NCBI GenBank assembly: GCA_025594325.1
Contig: JANHCV010000003.1
Span: forward strand, 310,001 to 374,000
Direction of reading: 5' to 3'
DNA from: Blastocladiella emersonii ATCC 22665
Lineage: Eukaryota; Fungi; Blastocladiomycota
Length of the DNA: 64,000 bases
The first letter of the stretch is position 1, and each line of letters starts with the position of its first letter. Under the pieces are notes generated by a model. It made no database searches and was not told the DNA's origin. It saw nothing but the letters and a program-made list of their open reading frames with translations. This document shows positions 22,868-33,756 of this stretch, piece after piece. The translations under genes were made by a program, and so were the position numbers.

Positions 22868-24148
22868 ACGGAGGATGAGGTCTTGGTAGCAGACCCTCAC
22901 GTCCAACACGTCAAGCTCCTGGCCAAAAAGTCGCCGGCCGGTATCGGCTCGCGCACGTCGGCGGCCGTCCGCCGCGCCAGGGTCGCGGTGCGCCAGGTCG
23001 CGCAGTCGGCCAAGGACACGGTCCGCAAGACGCTCGGGTCCATCAAAGGCGCCGCCCGCCGCGGGGCCAAGCTGGCCAAGCCGGCCGTCTCGCAGGACGG
23101 GCGGGCCGCTACTGTCGCCAACGTCGCGGCGGCCCTCGAGCTGCAGCACAGCCAAGATGTCGTCGGCGGCGCGCGACAGCAGGTCGACCAGCACCACGGC
23201 GTCGCCCAGCAGCAGATCGACGACGGCCAGGTCCTTGACGAGCAGGCGCCCCACCACGGCGTCGGCACCGAGGAGGACCTCGCCCAGAGCCAGGTCAACG
23301 GCGGCGACGCCGTGCCCGAGCCAGATCACCACGCCGACGGCAGCGAGCAGCAGGAGGTCGACGGCGGCCATGCTCACGGTCACGCTGACGGACAAGCCGG
23401 CTCGGAGGACCCCTTGTCCATGCCCGAGATGCTCGACTTTGCGGCCGAGAAGGGCGACGAGTTCGCGTGCCCGGACCGCGTCGGCGGCGTGGGCGTGCGC
23501 GACGCTGAGGTTGACGAGGTCGAGGCCAACAACGTGTTCGGGCTGGGCCGCGCCCTCGCCGCAAAGCTCCCCAGGGAGTACTGCGAGACCCTCGTGCGCA
23601 TCAAGCGCGACCTGCCGAACGTGCTGATCGACTTCGTGGGCCAGTACTTTGGGTACTCGGCCGCCCCGGGCGAGTCGGTCCTGTCGCACGAGGCCGTGGA
23701 GCGCCTCGCTGCCTTCGTCCGCGTGCACCGCAAAGCGCCCGGCGAGATCGCCCTGATGGGCCTCATGTTCAACACGGCCGTCAGCGTGTCGGACAAGCGC
23801 GAGGTGCGGATACTGTACCGCAAGCAGTACGCCAAGGACATTGCCAACGGCACGGCCTCGTTCGCCACGGCGCTCCGCGTCACGTTCCCGGACCTGTTCG
23901 ACACGCCGGAGCGGGTCGCCGACGTGGTGCCATACCTGCAGTGCCTGGCGCGCGTCATCGATGACGCGTTGGTCGTCGCGGCGGTGACCCGGCGCGAGGA
24001 CCCGGACGTGCCGTCGCGCCAGCTCGCGGCCGCGGCGCTGCTGCACCTGACGGCCAACCAGTTTGTCGTCGCCGACGAGCAGCGCAGCGACGCGCTCATG
24101 GGGATGTACTACCTGATGAAGTTCATCGGCCGCGAGTCCCAGCTGTAG
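22868..24148 (+). CDS. Intact terminal exon of a hypothetical protein (Gln/His/Asp-rich linker, helical C-terminal domain)
   Basis: An open frame of about 426 codons with strong GC3 bias follows a canonical acceptor and ends at TAG. No recognisable family. Confidence 0.65.
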   Translation, partial: TEDEVLVADPHVQHVKLLAKKSPAGIGSRTSAAVRRARVAVRQVAQSAKDTVRKTLGSIKGAARRGAKLAKPAVSQDGRAATVANVAAALELQHSQDVVGGARQQVDQHHGVAQQQIDDGQVLDEQAPHHGVGTEEDLAQSQVNGGDAVPEPDHHADGSEQQEVDGGHAHGHADGQAGSEDPLSMPEMLDFAAEKGDEFACPDRVGGVGVRDAEVDEVEANNVFGLGRALAAKLPREYCETLVRIKRDLPNVLIDFVGQYFGYSAAPGESVLSHEAVERLAAFVRVHRKAPGEIALMGLMFNTAVSVSDKREVRILYRKQYAKDIANGTASFATALRVTFPDLFDTPERVADVVPYLQCLARVIDDALVVAAVTRREDPDVPSRQLAAAALLHLTANQFVVADEQRSDALMGMYYLMKFIGRESQL

Positions 24149-27100
24149 CGGTCCGCGGCCGTTTGTTATTCGTTTTTCTGTTTCCGTTTGGTTGCTCTCG
24201 AGCATTGTACATACACATCTAGTTTTCTCGGACACCACTCGTTCTCTCGTTTGAAAGGGTCCTGCGCGTTGCTGGCCTTGCCGCGGCTGCTCGAGGTGAC
24301 CCGCCGCCACGGCGACGGTTGTGGTCGTCCATTGCGAGCACCTTTCAAGGGTAACGATGTATTGCCGAAAATCCTTAGGGATACATTGCACAAGACCGTG
24401 AAGCGACCGTTTCGGGCCACGGTTTCCCGGTCGAAGAGCGGGAAACCGCCGAAGAAGATTGCGGGTGAGGAGCAAGAGCGCAACAACTCTTGGTGGCCAC
24501 GGCTTTGATCAACTCCTTCCGGTTCTTTGACGCAGCGGAGCCCTTGCCGTAGTCGAGTTGAGACACGAGCTGGCGGTTGCTCTCGACGTCCGGTTGATCA
24601 TGAGCGAGCTCGCGGGGAGGAATGTGGCGAGGGGCACGGTGATGGCGAGCCCGGCAACGAAGAGACTGGCCGGGTAGAAAATGGGGTTCTGCGTTTGCGT
24701 GAGTCTGGCGAGCGGGAGAGACCTTTGGCCAAGCCGTACACGTCGCCGACGACTCAGCGCGAGGACACGGAGCGAGGGACTAGACTCACACCTCGACGTG
24801 GGCGAGCGGCTTCACAAGCGGGAACACCCAGGCGACGATAAGTGTGAGGGCACCGAGGCGAGACTACGTGATGGGCTCTATGGCGGCGTTGGTAATACAC
24901 GAGCCCGCCAAAGGCATCAATCGAGCTCGCCAAAATTGGATCCCGGCACGTAAGAAACTGCTAGCATGAGTCCGTACTCACAGAGTTGCGTAGCGGAAGA
25001 GCAGAAGGTTTTTGAGGAAGCGGTGCAAGACAGGGGTAGCGTGTAACCGGCCGTCGCATTCTCGGTTGCACGGGAAGGGTACATTTTCAGGTGTTGGCGA
25101 ATTCGTAGCACTATGAGTGACCTGAGAGATCGCAGTCCGAGAGCACGGCGCGCTCAAGTTCGGCCTTGCTATACTGCGCCGCCGGTCGGCGTGTGCTCAC
25201 GGACTGTCCAGTACAAGGCCCGCTTAATAAGTTTCAGCAAGTTACGCTAGCGATTCATTGGTTTTAATGGAGTATGGCGCTGTGTCAGTGAGGCCAAGCG
25301 GGGAAGCGAGCTCGAGGCTCAAGCAAGCCCCTTCAGCTCGCCCGTGGCGCACCCCGTAGTCCACGCTATGGCGCAACACGCACTCGTGTCGATGAGCACG
25401 AGGCGATGTATCCCTCAAGGTGACATACGAAGTACGACGAGAAATGGGAGAGATCGACACTGACAGCGCAGCCTGCGCCGTGCGCCTAGCTTCAAAGGAT
25501 GCCCAAGCCAGGTGCCGCTGAACCAAGTCGCGATCCGGGCAGAACCTTGACAGCGTGACATGTGTGCGTTCCATGAGACACCAAATAAAACGTGTGAATG
25601 AAACTGGGAGAGACGAGCTCGAGCTGTCAAGGAGGCGCGACTCGGCCACGCGATGGCCATCGAGACGCGAAGGTGGCGAAGGCCACGGAGACTAGTACCG
25701 CGAGCCAGATCGTAACGTTCTGAGAGCTGCTTGTTGGCGAGAAAAGACCGAGGGACACATATAAAGTAGCAACGCAAGCGCTGTCCAAAAACTGACTCGA
25801 CCCCGTCACTCGCCGCGGAACCCCACACGGCGAGCGAGCGATGACGTCTAACGACACCCTCCTGTCCACGCACCGCGGACGCGCCGCGATGCTCGACGAC
25901 CACCACCCACCAAACGCCCACACGACCTCCGCACCGTTCTGGCGCCAAGTCCCGAACCACTTATGCGCGTGTATGATTAGCACGGCGGGGAAGCGGGCCG
26001 AGGCACCGGAGACTGGTCGCGAGAGGTCCAGCCGCCCGCAACAAAACTGCGTGCACGTCGATGCGCGGAACCGCAACTGACGGCGAGAACCCGGACCCTC
26101 CAGTCAGGTACGAGTCCGGGCACAGTTGGTCACGGACAGCTCGAGGCGCTGCACACACACCTCCACCGAAGGGCACTGCCCGCACGCGCAGAGCACGCGC
26201 AACCGGAACGGGAGCAAAAACGGACCGCGGACTTCAACGAGACCAGACGTCTCTTCAGCGAAGGGTTGGGGAAGTCAGCCGCCCGCCCCCGGGTCGGCGA
26301 CACTCCTTACTACCAACAACGGCAGCCCGCGGCGCAGTGGATCGGCGAGCAGCGAGATGTGTGTGTTGCATGGAGTGGGAGGTGGATCGGAGCGGCCGCG
26401 ACGGGCAGCAGATGCGCGAGAAGAAATGTCGTCACCGTACGCTTGGGATCGAGTTGCATGGGGCGGTGGTGGCGGATGAGTGAGCAGAGTAGTGAAGGAA
26501 GTCTTGCGGGGTTCTGAAGAGCGAGAGAGCGGGGACGGGACCGGGGGCGCGCTTTGTACGCGGGCCGGGAGCACGGGCGAGCGCGGCCCGCGGTCTACGC
26601 GTCCGCCGCGCGAATATTACGGATCCGTTGCGCCAAGTGGGCCTCGCTGGGTGCCCGAGCACCGTTCCGGCGGAACGTTTTTGCGCTGCGAAACGCGCGC
26701 GAAAATGTGTCGCAGCGGCGGCGGGAGACGCGTTTTTCGCTCACCTGAACATCACGTGTGCGTTTGGAGACATTTTTCGCTCGGCACGGACGCCGCCGCA
26801 CGTGTGGAACGCTCGCGGCGCCGATCCACGAGTTTAAGAGGCAAGCGCGCCGGTCTCGCTGGAAACGAGCCTGCCCTATATCACAAGGCTTGCCCAGACT
26901 GCTTTGGTGATGTGGCTCGACGCGAGACTCAGCTGTCGCGCACGGCGCCAAGGACTAGTTCGGGTCGACATGAGGAAGTGCTCGAACGGCGAGGCCGGGC
27001 CACTCTCTCTATGAAGTACTCGAGAGCGGTAGCATCGAAATTGGTCCAATGGTCGCGCTGTGCGGCTCCTATGCGTGCGAGGCTGCAGGACAGTGCCTCG

Positions 27101-28182
27101 TTGATGAGGAGCTGTCAGGCGAGAGTCGGAGGCCAATTTTGAGTGTAGAAGCAAGGACGAGAAGTTTGACGTGAGGTCCGTGGGCTCCTCGGGGGTAACG
27201 CCTGCGAAGCCGAGCAGCACGGGATCCCGTTCTGGGGCCGAATGGGCGGCGGCCCATGGAGTTTGAGGAAGAAGAACCAGAACGGGGGATTGCATCAAGT
27301 GGGTTCGTCAGATTCATGTGCTGCATCGCAAGGCAATCCGTTGACGGGAGCGTGGGCGGGATGCGCGGCGACGTGAGAGTTCTGTTGGTGTGGCGTGGCG
27401 CGCGACCTGCACCACGGGCGCAGCGCGTCTCACTGATGGATACAAACGCGACCCAACCGCTCGAGGAGGTCGACAAGACGCTGTGAAACATCTCCGAGGC
27501 CTCATAAGATCGTCGATCCAAAGAGTGCGGGTAAAACCAAGCGGTTCTCTGTGCTCACGGTCGAGTCGAGCGTGTCGCTTCAAGGAGCATGGGACGGCAC
27601 TGAGCCCAGCGTGCCGTGTCGGTAGGTCTCAGGTAAGAGCTGAAAACAGCATAATGATCCATCTTGACCGATGAGCTCAGGCACGAATAACCGACGCGCG
27701 CTCGCCGCGGGGCTCAGCGCGTGCGAAGGCTAGCCCATGCAGACGGCAGCGCATCTGAACGGTTGCCGCAAGTTGAACATGATCTCTCAGGGCTATTCAC
27801 CGAGTATCGCTTTGGTCGGAGAGAGCGGAAGCGCAGCGAGCGATGAACGGTCATCAGCGAGAAGTGGCGCAACGCGACCGCTCTCGCTTGCCTTCAGCCA
27901 ACCCGTGATGGTCGCCGCCGATCTCTCGAGTCTCCGTCGTGGACCACGCTATGCATCATATCGTGAGGGACTCGATGCACTCGCGCCCCGCGGGCTGGGT
28001 CGCCACCCGGCGGTCTGGACTTGGTTCCGTGGCGACCGATCTTACAGCAGCAGCACCACGCTCGGCGCGAGGCCCGTGGAGAACTGTGCGGCAGCGAGGA
28101 TGGATCTCTATGAGGATTCGACGCGCTGTCGACTAAGTCGCTTCCCCGGTCGCTTCCTCGCTTCCGAACCTCGCACGCCGCC

Positions 28183-28615
28183 ATGAATCATTCGCCCCAC
28201 GCGCGCCCTCAGTCCCAGCGACTTGCTGCATCGCTTCCAGCGCGCATCTGGCGATCCACTCCCTCGATCGACAACGACCGCGACGTTGCGGCGGCCGAGG
28301 CGTTGATCCGCAAGCGGGTCCGCGGTCACTTGCGGTTTCGTTGCCTCAACTTTGCGCTCAACCATTGTACGTCGCTCGGTGTAGGCGCAGCAGCAACTCA
28401 AGCTCGGCTCGCACTACACTGTTCCTGGCATCGCCGCCTCGGAGCTCGCGGCGACGCGCGTGGGACCTGCGCAGCAAGAGGACGGACCAGTCGAGGAGGA
28501 ACTCGAGGAGCTGCACGACGTACTCGAAATCGAGGATCCTGCTCCCACTGCGCCGTTCCAGACATCGCCTGATCATCCGCTCAACGGGCTCGTCGATGGC
28601 CTCGACCCGCTTTGA
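28183..28615 (+). CDS. Small two-exon orphan protein (about 121 aa) with an acidic C-terminus
   Basis: gccgccATG start. A phase-0 intron at 28318-28384 (gtccgc..gctcaac..tgtag, 67 nt) joins ..AEALIRKR to AQQQLKLGSHY..EEELEELHDVLEIED..GLDPL*. Confidence 0.4.
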
Positions 28616-28629
28616 TCACGCTCACTTGG

Positions 28630-31600
28630 TGCGGCTATCATGCGAGTCGGGCAGTGACGCAATCAGGAGGAGAAGAAGTCACAGTCATACAAGAACACGT
28701 CCGTGAGGACAGCAGTGTATTCACGACGCTGTAAGTGAAGATCGCAGAGCACAGGGTGCCTGGGATGGTGAGTGAAGCTGACTGCGCGACTCGGGCTTGT
28801 GCCAAACTGCTTGATTTGTGAACGACGTGCGGGTCGGCGACGAAGAGGGACTGCTTGATGTTCTTGATGAGCAATGAGGAAGGGAACGAGCTTGAGTTTT
28901 TGATGGCCGAGAAGGAAGATGTAGTTGATGCGTGAACTTGATGGTGCCCGGGCGTGATGAGGATTGACACAATGAGCTTGTACTCGAAGCTTGACGAATC
29001 AACATATTGGATGGGTGTCAGTTAAAGGACCATGACGGGACCAGATCAATGCGTAGTACCTTGGTACGGCCACGATGGCTGTGTGTGCTGCTTGCTTGAC
29101 TTGACTTGACTTGACTTGGTGGTGAACTCGTGTGCGTGATGAAGTTGGAGATCTGGAGGGACCCAAGAGCGTGGGCTAGTTGCCTGATCGTGGCGACGAC
29201 GGCGAGTCGAGAAATGCGTACCTGGCTGCCATGTCTGAGAAGTTGACCATGATGGCCTGCTTGCCGCCGCGCCTTGTCACGCTCACGGTGCAGAATCGCA
29301 ACCACGGCCACTCGCTTGACGCCTTGACGCGCTATGATGGTGATATAGCGTGCTAGCGAGCTAGCGAGGTTTTCGACCTTCAGAGACGCGCCAGAAGGGC
29401 GGTGCGTACTTTGACAACGTGTCTGGCACGAGTCAAACAAGTGGCCAAGGTCGCAATCCCGCACCACAAGACGATTGTGAAGAGCTGGCTGGATGGCGCG
29501 GATGTTGCTCTCAAGGGTCTACACGGAGCAGCGAAAGTCAGTTGTCTTGCCTGAGCGTGACAACAACCGCGAGTTGGACGACACGGACACTGCTGTCAAT
29601 CGTGGCCGAGGACTTGACCGTGTGCTGGTTGCTCGCCACTGCCGCGCGCCTGCTGAACCCGCCTCGCGGTGCAGGACCGCGCGACCAGTCGCCCGACACC
29701 CAACGCTATGATATAGCTCGCCGACATTCCGGCACGTGCCAGGAGGGCAGTGCGTACTCTGAAGACGTGTCGGGCGTGTGCGTCAAGCGAGTGTGGTCGC
29801 GATCCGATCCCGCACCGCGAGCCGGGTGCGCGACTCCAACTGCCGTTGAAGCTGTCGCGGATAAACTACACGGACAAGCGAGCGTGAGTTGCCCGACCGC
29901 GACTACAGCAGCGAGCCGAGGGAAAAGTGAACCTTGCTGCCGTGGCCGTGGCCAAGAAGTCGCCCGACCGTGAACTGCCGCACCACGTCACGGTTGCGCG
30001 ACGTCTCAAGCAAGCGAGCAAGTTGGATTGCTGGCGCGGTTGATGATGATGTTCTTGAGAATCTACACAACACGGATCAATGAACGTGAGTTGGCTGATT
30101 GCAGGAGTTTTGAGCGCGAGGGAACAAGTACCTCGATGAATGGCCACAAACGAATCGCCTTGCTGCCCTTGTCGTCGACGTGACGCCAAGCTGCTGTAGT
30201 GGATCTTGAAGAAGCGTCACAATATCAGCGCAAGTGTGAGTTTGCCAATCACGGTGACAGACGGAAGGTTGGAGGAGGCGTACCTGCTGTTGCCAAACTG
30301 AACATGAATTGCTTGCCCTTGCTGGCTGCGACTGCTCGCTCGACGCCATGACGCCTTGATGTAGCCGTTGGCCTTGGTAGCGCTTGCCGGGAGGGCGACG
30401 CGTGCGTCCAGATAGAATGCCGAGCCAGCGGTCCCGGTTGCGACCCCGCACCACAACACAGGCGCGCGTTATGGGCAGGCGGTGCGTGGAGAGTCTCGGA
30501 GAAGCTACACGGATCAGCGAGTGTGAGTTCGTCGCCCAATCATGACAAAAGCAGGCCAGGGGTAGCATACATGTTGATGTGGTCTAGTCAACCATGGACC
30601 CGCGCCGCGCCCGACCCAACCCAAACTTGATGTTGGTGGCGGCGACAGCGCGCAACTTCCCTAGGAAAACGAGCCATCAAGTTGAACGCAAAACGTCTCG
30701 GCGCCAGAGCCTGCAGAACCTATACGGGCAGTAACAAGTGAGATTCCAGATCATAAAAACGCCATGTCTGGACGCCGTGGTACCTTGCGCCGTCACGGCG
30801 GCCGTACACTTCTTGATGCAAATTGTTGAGTCAAGTTGCCGCGTTGCGTCGTGTTGCGGGGCCGCGACCACCCGCTCAACACAGGAGGGCGCCACCTCGG
30901 AGTATAGCATGAATTACAGGTTCCACCACCTGCCAAGCAGTGGGTACTGAGTAACGCCCTCGTCGTGTCAAGCGGACGGCCGCAGCCCCACAGCACAACG
31001 TGACGCGACGCGACGCAACACAATCAAGACATTGTATGACCATAGAGAAGCTACACGGATCGATGGGTAAGTTTCGGTTGATTAAGGTCGAGTTGAGGAC
31101 GAGAGAAATAGTACCTCAGACGATGGCCTGGCCACAATGACCATAGCCAACACGCCACGGAAGCTCGATGACCTGAACAATGAGAACTTGCCGCGTTGGC
31201 CAAGATGGCGCCACGGCACGAGGGCGTGGGCAGCTGCGCGTGGCATGCTCAAGCAATTGTCGGATTGCGCACAATCAAACGCGCGCCGGAGCTACACGTA
31301 TGGAAAAGTGTCAGTTGCCAGATAATGACAACACGAGGGCAGGACGCAGTACCTCAACGCGCTGCGGCCATGGTCAAAATTCGACCAGTCGAATCCCACT
31401 TGCGCCACACCGCCGCGCGCGACAGGAACTTGACACGAGTCAGAGAGCGCGCGAGTACTCGCGACCCAACGCCGTAGCGAGGGCGAAAGCGTGAACTTGA
31501 GCGCGCGCGGCTTGCATGAAAAGCAGCGCCGGTGCGTGTGGAACTTGAGGATGAGGACAATGGAGGGCTTGATGATGATGTCGCCGAGCCGTCATAGTAG

Positions 31601-33210
31601 TAGTTGAGCACCTGACCGATCCAGCTACACGTGATGGGGTTTGAGCGGGTGAGATGTGGGTTGGATCCGAGTCGCTGGAATTCCGCTACCGTACCTGCTG
31701 TTGAGGCACACACCTGGCAGAGGTTGATCAGGGTCACACGCAAGCGTGGCGGCGCAGCGGACGGGTGCACTTGGGGCAGCAAAACGGGGGCGGCGGTTGT
31801 GGACGGCAGGAGGGTTCGAGAGTGATCAGTGCCACCCACAACCGCAAGGGCTGTACTCTGTCCCGTACTTGGCCATCACCATCCCTTCATTAGCCCTTGC
31901 GGCGAGGCCCAGCACTTCTTGCCACGTTGGGTGCTGCCACAACGTGTCTCGCGAGAACAAGCGCATGAAGGGGCTGTGGTGGGTGCCGGCGGCAGCGCGC
32001 GAGGCGCTGCTCCTCGCCTCCAGGAACTAGGGCCAGGCGGCTAGTAGACCCGCCCCCCCAGTGCACACGTACGCCGCGCCGCACCAGGCACACGAGGACC
32101 AACTGCGGCTGTTGCCCGTTGTTGTTGTGACGCGGTCAGTTGAGCTGGCCGACTGCGCACCGTCGATCAAGATGTTGAACCCAAACAGCGCGTCCTTGGT
32201 GAGCCCGAGCAGCTTGAAGTTGACCACGGTGACCTTGCACGACATCGTGTTGAGGTTGAGGCCGAGCTGGTGTGCGACGGCAGCTTGGACACGATGGCTA
32301 GCTAGCATTGATGATGACCGTTGAGCGCAAACCCAATCCGCCTACATGAGGGAACCATGTGGTCAGAGCCACGTCCGCCAGGTCTCGGCCGTGATGTTGC
32401 CGTGCCTGCTGCATTGGCGCACTGCCGAGCTCGAGGTGACTGTACTAGGTGCTGATTTGAGCGGGTCAAGCCGTGCCACGCGGCTGCCGCGTCAGAATGC
32501 GCGGCTGAGGTGACGGCGGGACAGCCTGCGCTGCACAAGCTCGACCTTGGGACAGCTGGCGAAGTCGCAGATTGACACCCACGGAGAATCTACACATACA
32601 ATAGGTGAGCCGCGAGTCCACCAAGTCGCTGTGTCATGAGCCGAGGTACCTTGGCGCGACGTGTCAGTGGCCGGACCCGGGCCGCCACTCAGCACGAAGT
32701 GAACTCAGCCAGATCGTGCGATACGACGGTGGCGCCCGGTACGCTTTGCCAGTGCGAGACGGAGCTCTTCCGACATGTTCTTGACGTTTTTGACGAGCGT
32801 GCAAAGGAGCGTGGCGAGGAACAGCGTGTTGGTGCAGCCAAAGATCAGGTTGACGTGAGGTATGAGAACAGCTTGATCACAATTGCCGAGCTTGGACTTG
32901 TCGTAGCTGGTAGTTCTTGAGCCCGGGACCGACACGTCTACACGCGGGGGACCCGACATTAGCGTCAAGGCGAGGTGGATCCGTGCCACGCCAATGGCGT
33001 AGCCTGTGCGGCGGCACACCGTCGATACAGCTCTGCGACAGCTGGAGCCCGAGGACCGCAGTGGCACTCGATCTGGGCAGCCGGCCGAAGACCTGCTTAT
33101 CGCGTCACGAGCGGCGGGAACAGGCCAACCCATTGCCACCGGCGGTGGGCCGCCGTGCTTACAGTGGCCGAGGCCGGCGCGGTTGTTTTGAGTCGATATC
33201 ATGGAGTGGA
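28630..33210 (-). pseudogene. Intron-dense degenerate gene of unknown family
   Basis: At least 13 minus-strand acceptors (branch site then mostly ..GTGTAG) pair with GTAC/GTAT donors to give 60-70 nt introns, e.g. 32590-32649, 31625-31694, 31292-31352, 31051-31114, 30720-30783, 30505-30570, 30063-30131. The exons hold coding-like peptides but carry indels and stops. Confidence 0.75.
29095..29118. repeat. (TTGAC)n pentanucleotide microsatellite
   Basis: cttgcttgacttgacttgacttgacttgg. Confidence 0.8.
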
Positions 33211-33589
33211 CGGGTGACGACGCGGAAGGAAGTAGGCGTTGAGGGTGGTGTTGGTGCATGGGGGAGCGCAAGCGCGCTCGCGGCGAGTGCGTTGCAGTTG
33301 GGATCATGGCTTGTTTCGTCGCGCAACGGGGAGCGATGGCGAGAAGCATCGGCCACGAGTGGATCTCGCCGGCTCGTTCACGACGAATCGCGCTTCGGCG
33401 AAACGAAGGGAGACACGCGGGAAGGAGACGCGTCGCGCCGTCACGTGGGCGGGCGCGAGACAATATTCCGAGCACGCGTTTTGGAGACACTTGGAGACAT
33501 TTCACTCTTCACACAGCCGGCTCTTGGCACTCAAGGTCAAACTTGAGTCGGCATCGACGATCTTTGAGGTTCCGTCAACGGCAAGCAGC

Positions 33590-33641
33590 GATGGACGCGT
33601 TGCGAACGTCGCGCCGATGGACGCGTTGCGAACGTCGCGCC
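33590..33641. repeat. Perfect 26-bp tandem duplication containing ACGCGT
   Basis: GATGGACGCGTTGCGAACGTCGCGCC at 33590-33615 and again at 33616-33641. Confidence 0.95.
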
Positions 33642-33756
33642 GCGGCTTACCAGCGCTCTCGACCCGCCATGAACTCTCCATGAATCGGGCTTTTGACCCA
33701 CCGCAACTTGCTGCAACCTTATCTTTGAGAGCGTTATGTTCGCCCTCGTGCCAGCC

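Noticed and set aside
25005-25075. RPVTRYP..LHRFLKN resembling a RhoGEF DH-domain motif on the minus strand
   Set aside because: It needs a frameshift and has no supporting flanking homology. It may be another gene relic but cannot be assigned.
28318-28400. RFRCL..LH motif resembling a PIF/Harbinger transposase C-terminus
   Set aside because: It falls inside a well-formed predicted intron, and no DDE core or terminal inverted repeats were seen.
28800-28940. SRINYIF (LINE endonuclease-like) and QIKQFG..P (BEACH-like) peptides on the minus strand
   Set aside because: Single short motifs with no supporting neighbours and no RT domain. They are better explained as the last exon of the intron-dense gene.
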